Source: Amphiscolops sp. MND2022 (Eukaryota). Taken from it: a stretch of 64,000 nucleotides of DNA. The notes under the pieces were generated by a model. It saw only the letters and a program-made list of their open reading frames with translations. It was not told the origin of the DNA and searched no databases. Position numbers and translations under genes: made by a program. Numbering within the stretch: the stretch's first letter is position 1; each line of letters starts with the position of its first letter. Positions 59,019-64,000 of the stretch are shown in pieces. The stretch spans positions 50,780,001 to 50,844,000 of the forward strand of contig OZ076413.1 of NCBI GenBank assembly GCA_964187785.1, written 5' to 3'.

Positions 59019-59635
59019 CATTCAACTGGAAAGTATAACCTTAGAAATTTATATAAGAAAGGCCATGGCCGAATGATGTCTGTCGAGATTTTTCCAATGA
59101 ATGATTGGTCAAAATTGGTCGTTCACGTAGAAATTGCATAACTTGATGATGATGCTTTGGATTTAGTCATGGAAAATTCACTGCACTTTCCTTTAGACAC
59201 TTGAACGTTGATTTCTGGTATGTGGGTCAACACAATATGGGGCAAGTCAATTATGCAGGACCTGACCTACACTACAATCAATAAAATTACCAAATTAGTT
59301 CACGTTAAAGCTTCACTTTTTCACACAATTGAGAACTTCACACAAGACATTGTTTTTAACAACCACGAGCTCAATTCTTTGTGCCTGTAACTCGTGAACC
59401 CAGGTGCTGAAGAGTGTAAACAAATTTGATTGAACCAGAGCTAATTCCTCTGTTTCATCAACCGTCGATTCAGCAGGTCAAATCCCATCTGAAACGAGAC
59501 TTACTACTGAATCTTAGGGGTACGTTGGGAGCATACAAGTAGCGACCCAGACGCTAAAGTTACACAAGCCATTGTCTACTCATCCTTACACCACATATCC
59601 GTTTCAAGCCTAAATGTTGCGATATTATTTATTAT

Positions 59636-59821
59636 TGATAGGAAAAACAAATTGTCAAGGTTAACATTAACTTCGTTCAATGACGCGTTTCGGATCACTG
59701 ATCCTTCTAAAAGATTTTCAATGTAACTTTGCTTTTCAGACAATCTGATGAAGGATCAGTGATCCGAAACGCGTCATTGAACGAAATTAATGTTAACCTC
59801 GACAATTTGTTTTTCCTATCA
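59636..59821. repeat. Inverted repeat with 72-bp arms (2 mismatches); Penelope-like pseudo-LTR remnant
   Basis: 59636-59707 versus 59750-59821. Confidence 0.85.
59741..59779 (+). ncRNA. Minimal type I hammerhead ribozyme motif
   Basis: CAAT-CTGATGA-A-GGATC agt GATCC-GAAAC gc GTC-ATTG: core boxes, stems I/II/III and a GUC cleavage triplet. Confidence 0.75.
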
Positions 59822-60228
59822 TTTTTACCGTCAATGTTACTGCCACTCAGTTTATTTATTATTATTATACGTCCAAATTAGGCCCCTATCTGCGGGCGAC
59901 TGTTGAGTCAACTTTTGAGTCATTTTGTAACTGGAGTAAAATTAGTCTTTATAGTTCAGCAGCCAAAAGCTTTGTGGTTTTTTGCAGTTTCTTGATGTTT
60001 AGACTGAACGTTTTGAAGAAAGTGCAGTTTTCGGTATTCATAAGGTTAGGAGTTTGCAGGCTATGGGGACTGTAGTTGCCATGCAGGGTGCAACTGAAGA
60101 AAGTGGTAAACATTTTCTTCAGATAATCCACAGGAGCACATGGGTGATGCACGTTTTTACATTTTCCACGGAAGTTCATTAAATCTTGGAGAATTGCCGA
60201 AGAGAAGTTGGCAAATCTCATAGCTTCC

Positions 60229-60598
60229 CAGGGGTGGCTGTTTACGGGTGGGCGGAAGTAGGTCGAAGAAACGGGATCGAAAATCAGAGTTAGTCCTCAG
60301 GTCGACATACCAAATTTTTGAATGGGATCGAAACAACTCGGATCGAAATTTTTATAACGTAGTCAGATATGTTCACATACCCCTGGTGCCCTGAATGCAG
60401 GAGCGAAGCAAAGCGGAGCGACGTGCCATATGGCCATGCCTCAATGTTGCTAATTGGCGAAGGGAGCGAAGCGACCGAGCCATACAACAAATACGATAAA
60501 ATTCGACCGCATTCCATTCGATCCCTGCAATTCAATCAAAAGGTTCGACCTCTGTCCTTTCGACCAGAAAAATTCGAGCTATTTACAGCCAGCCGCTG
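60229..60598. mobile_element. TCGA-rich MITE-like repeat; second copy at ~61240-61747, fragments to ~62100
   Basis: ~100-bp blocks duplicated (60249-60350 ~ 61240-61342; 60498-60590 ~ 61649-61740); imperfect GGGTGGCT/AGCCACCC ends. Confidence 0.6.
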
Positions 60599-60680
60599 TT
60601 TACCAAGAGACTGACTGTTGAGTCAGAGGGTAGTAAAAGAAAATGTTTCAAGAAGCAGGTGTTCGTAGGACAGCGCCAAC

Positions 60681-61202
60681 CAGGAACTTCGGGTATCAGA
60701 CATTCTCAAAACCCGGAACCCGACTACCCGAATTGAAATTACTCGAACCCGATTCCGACATTTTTGAAGAACCCGAACCCGAATCCCGATATTTTTCAAA
60801 TACCCGAACGAGACCCGAAACTTTTAAGAAGTAACAACGAGCAGGAATTGGATGTTTCTAATCAAAATCTCATGTTGAAAAACCATTATTTACAGTTTTT
60901 AAGTATCAGAACTTAACGATATTATAAGAAAAGATGAACAAAAGGCTGCTCACAAACAACATTTGACCAAAGTGGCATAAGAACACAATGACTTAAGTCC
61001 GTTTAGACCTTAGGTTTTAGCAGTATTTTTTTTCAGAGAGACAGACCCTAATACACGAACCCGAACCAGTAATTTTGATACCCGAAACCCGAAACAGAAT
61101 TTTTTTACGATAGCCGAACCCGATCTGAAAGCCCGAAAATTCTCGAATACCCGAAAAACCCGACCCGAACCCGAAATCCCGGACCCGAGTCCAAAATGCC
61201 TG
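60681..61202. mobile_element. hAT-like MITE with ACCCGA subterminal repeats
   Basis: CAGG...CCTG termini; near-perfect 8-bp TSD GCGCCAAC/ACGCCAAC. Confidence 0.65.
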
Positions 61203-62487
61203 ACGCCAACTTTGATTCCACATTGTTTATAAGTTTTGGTGGGCGGGAAAAGGTCGAAGGAACGGGATCGAAAATCAGAGTTAGTCCTCGGGTCGACATT
61301 CCAAATTGTGAATGGGATCGAAACAACTCGGATCGAAATTTCGATTTTTGGCAAACAAATAGTATTGCCGCAGATAGAATTTTCTAGAAAAGTATAAAAG
61401 GTGTCTCGGATACGTCCCTATTTCCTCTAGTGCCCCGCGGCCCCTTGGGCCGCTTATGTTCCCATCTTGCTAAGCGAGGTCGAATAGGAGCAAAGACCTA
61501 GCGGGAACGGAGATCGCGAAGCGATCGTAGTGGGAGCTGGTCCTTGCGACGGTGAGGGCGAGCGTGCATACACAGCATATGCCCCACATTGTGATAGTCA
61601 ATCGACTTGAGGCGAACAAAGAACGTTTTGGACCCGAAGGCTTTGATCAAATTCGACCGCACTCCATTCGATCCCTGCAATTCGATCGAAAAGTTCGAAC
61701 CCTGTCCTTTCGACCAGAAAAATTCAACCTATTTATAGCCACCCTATAAGTTTAGCTACTATTTCATTATTGTAAAAATTAGCGGGTGCGCGGATACAGA
61801 CCGAATCCCTCTGATCGAAAACAAGGGTACGTCCTCGGGTCGCCCGGTAAAAATTTCGGAAATAAATCGACTGAATCGTGTCGAAATAAGAAAATTTCGG
61901 ATATATAGCAACTATCTCGGATCGAATTTTTGACTTCAAACTAGCCTGACCAAAAACTTGCGGGGATGCGCAATGCTGTTTCGATTCAAGAAACGGGATA
62001 ACAAATTTCGACCCGACGTGTTCCACCAAATTCGATCTCATTTCGTTCGACATGTGTAATTCGACCAAAGTAGTCGACCTCATTCCGTTCGACCTCGCCA
62101 AAACAAGCATCATTATTAAAGTATTTAAGCTATATATTCAGTGAGCATTGAAAGTTATGCGCTGTGCTTTCAACTCGGAGAGCTTCAGCATGAACTGTTG
62201 AGACAAGGTAGGTCAGATTGTAAGGTAACTTTGATTAAAAATTTGATGTCGAACGTGTCGCCGCACAAGTCCAGAGGAGGAATTCCCAGCAGGACCTCGC
62301 TAGCAGCAAAAGGAGGTGATAGACTATGTCGAAATATCGACCGAATTATATTGTTCTGTGTTCTGAAAATTATTGAGATCTGTATTATTTTTATGTCTCC
62401 AGATTGGTGCAGCGTACATTATTTGTGGCGGAATTACCGTTTTGTAAAGTAGTATAACAACGCAAGCTCGACATGACTGTGAGAAAA

Positions 62488-62572
62488 TAGCTATTACAGG
62501 ACTCGAACCTGCATCTCGAGACATATATAGCTGGCAGTCAAGCGCCTTAATTTAATCTCACAAATCTTCCAC
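62488..62572 (-). other. tRNA-derived (SINE-head-like) remnant
   Basis: B-box GGTTCGAGTCC within a GCAGG/CCTGT T-arm, preceded by TAAGGCGCTTGACT; no complete cloverleaf. Confidence 0.45.
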
Positions 62573-62586
62573 TAACAACGCCATTA

Positions 62587-64000
62587 TTACAGTAGGATCA
62601 ATGTGGGGATGCTGAGACCCCATTGGTCTGTCCATTTGCTCAGTTTGATGAGCCAATTTCTCGCTACTTTGACCGTGACCGTTTTCAAGTGTTCATGTTG
62701 TTTCAGATTGTCGTCGACAGTAAGTCCAATAGATTTTGTGCTCGATACGAGTGCACATGTATCGGAGTTTGTCGTTGGCAGATTGATTGCAGACACCTCA
62801 CAGTTTAGCAGCATCAACTCGGTTTTGGATCCGATGAGTACCATGCTCCATTTTCGACTCCAAGGTTCTATTTCTCTACAGGTCGAGTTCAACCGAACTT
62901 GGAGGTTTTCGACGTTTTTGCCCGTAATTAGAACAGATGTATCGTCAGCAAATTTGAAACTGTTCCTATGTGTTGCAAAAATGTCATTGAATAAGATAAC
63001 GAATAGAAGAGGCGATATTATACTGCCTTGGGGAGCCCTGACTTTGTTACAAAGCATTCCGATTTGAAGTTGCTAGTTTGTGAAAAACTTTTCCGTTTCG
63101 GAGGAAAATATTGATAACGTGTAGCATGTTTCCAGAGACCCCAAGATGAATTAACCGGTTGTAAAGTCCGTCAATCCATTTGCTGTCGAAGGCCTTCTCT
63201 AAGACAACGTTTAGGAAAGCTGGCTGTTTTTCCAAACGCTTGATTGACTCCATTTCAAGCTCGGGACCCAAATGTTTCAGTATCAAAATATGTAAGTTCT
63301 CAATGTCGAAGGACCCAGAAAGTGGAAGTTCTTTGAGAGCTTGTTCTAGTTCAGATATGGTTGTTTCACCTTCAAAAATGTCATCAATATGTTCATTAAA
63401 GTTCGAAAAGACTGATTTTTTTAAAAAAATTATTCATGATGATTTTCGTCAAATTTTTGATTGGAAAGATGTTTAGTTTACCTTCGAAAAAAACTTTCCG
63501 GATCTCGTTGGCAAACTCTGACTCCTTGCATGCAAGTGGATCCGACGAAGAGAGGTTGGGACCAAGATCACCAGTGTGTTTTTGAAATAGCCAATGGTAG
63601 GTCTTCTAAAATGCTCCCTCGTTTGTAACCAAATTCTCGCAATAAATTTTGCATCCAATTTGGAGCTTCCAGGGCAAGCTAAATTTTGAAGTGTTCTTTA
63701 TTTTAGCTGTATCCAGTGCTAGACCATTAGAGTAGTTCGATTTTAATCTGAACTGTTTACGACATTTTCTCACCTCTTTACTAGACGAAGATAGGTTAGC
63801 GTTCCAGGATACCTTACTGCGGTGGCATGATTTTTTAGTTGAAATGAAGTTATCTAAAGCTTCGCTTATCGACTCTTGATTTTTGACCAAACTTCTTTAC
63901 AATCGTCGATTTCCATTATATCTTTGCTAAACTCTTTACTGTATTTGTCCAACTGGCCCAATCAGCTTTTTCTAACCTCAGTTGGTCATTAACAACCTTA
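62587..64000 (-). pseudogene. Decayed non-LTR retrotransposon RT fragment
   Basis: LEKAFDSKWIDGL, PQGSIISPLLF, KFADD across broken frames. Confidence 0.85.

Noticed and set aside
62488..62572. Functional tRNA gene
   Set aside because: Only the T-arm/B-box is convincing; there is no acceptor stem.

Overview
Repeat-rich animal (invertebrate-like) genomic DNA; the species cannot be determined from the sequence. Two convergent multi-exon host genes are present: a sulfotransferase-family gene on + (~3393-15369) and a TMTC2-like protein O-mannosyltransferase gene on - (43707-26534; my exon model gives an in-frame ~845-865 aa protein). Around and within them lie four BEL/Pao LTR retrotransposons (two with paired LTRs and 5-bp TSDs), an apparently intact spliced hAT transposon, an internally deleted hAT carrying an RTE-like LINE with a perfect 159-bp target duplication, an IS630/Tc1-like transposon, many HINE/DINE-1-like non-autonomous elements, MITEs, a Penelope-type palindrome with a hammerhead ribozyme motif, and a decayed LINE. 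Three observations stand out. (1) Both host genes appear to need a non-canonical GG-AG intron, and in both the donor region is extensively complementary to the sequence just before the acceptor (one case spans 8.7 kb), suggesting structure-guided splicing. (2) One BEL element has a ~40-nt copy of its tRNA-Lys primer, with a substitution at the m1A58 position, ahead of a second short PBS. (3) Another BEL element carries an intact extra SGNH-like ORF, linked by a TGATG overlap to an ORF that starts inside the LTR. All family calls come from motif recognition by eye, not database searches.
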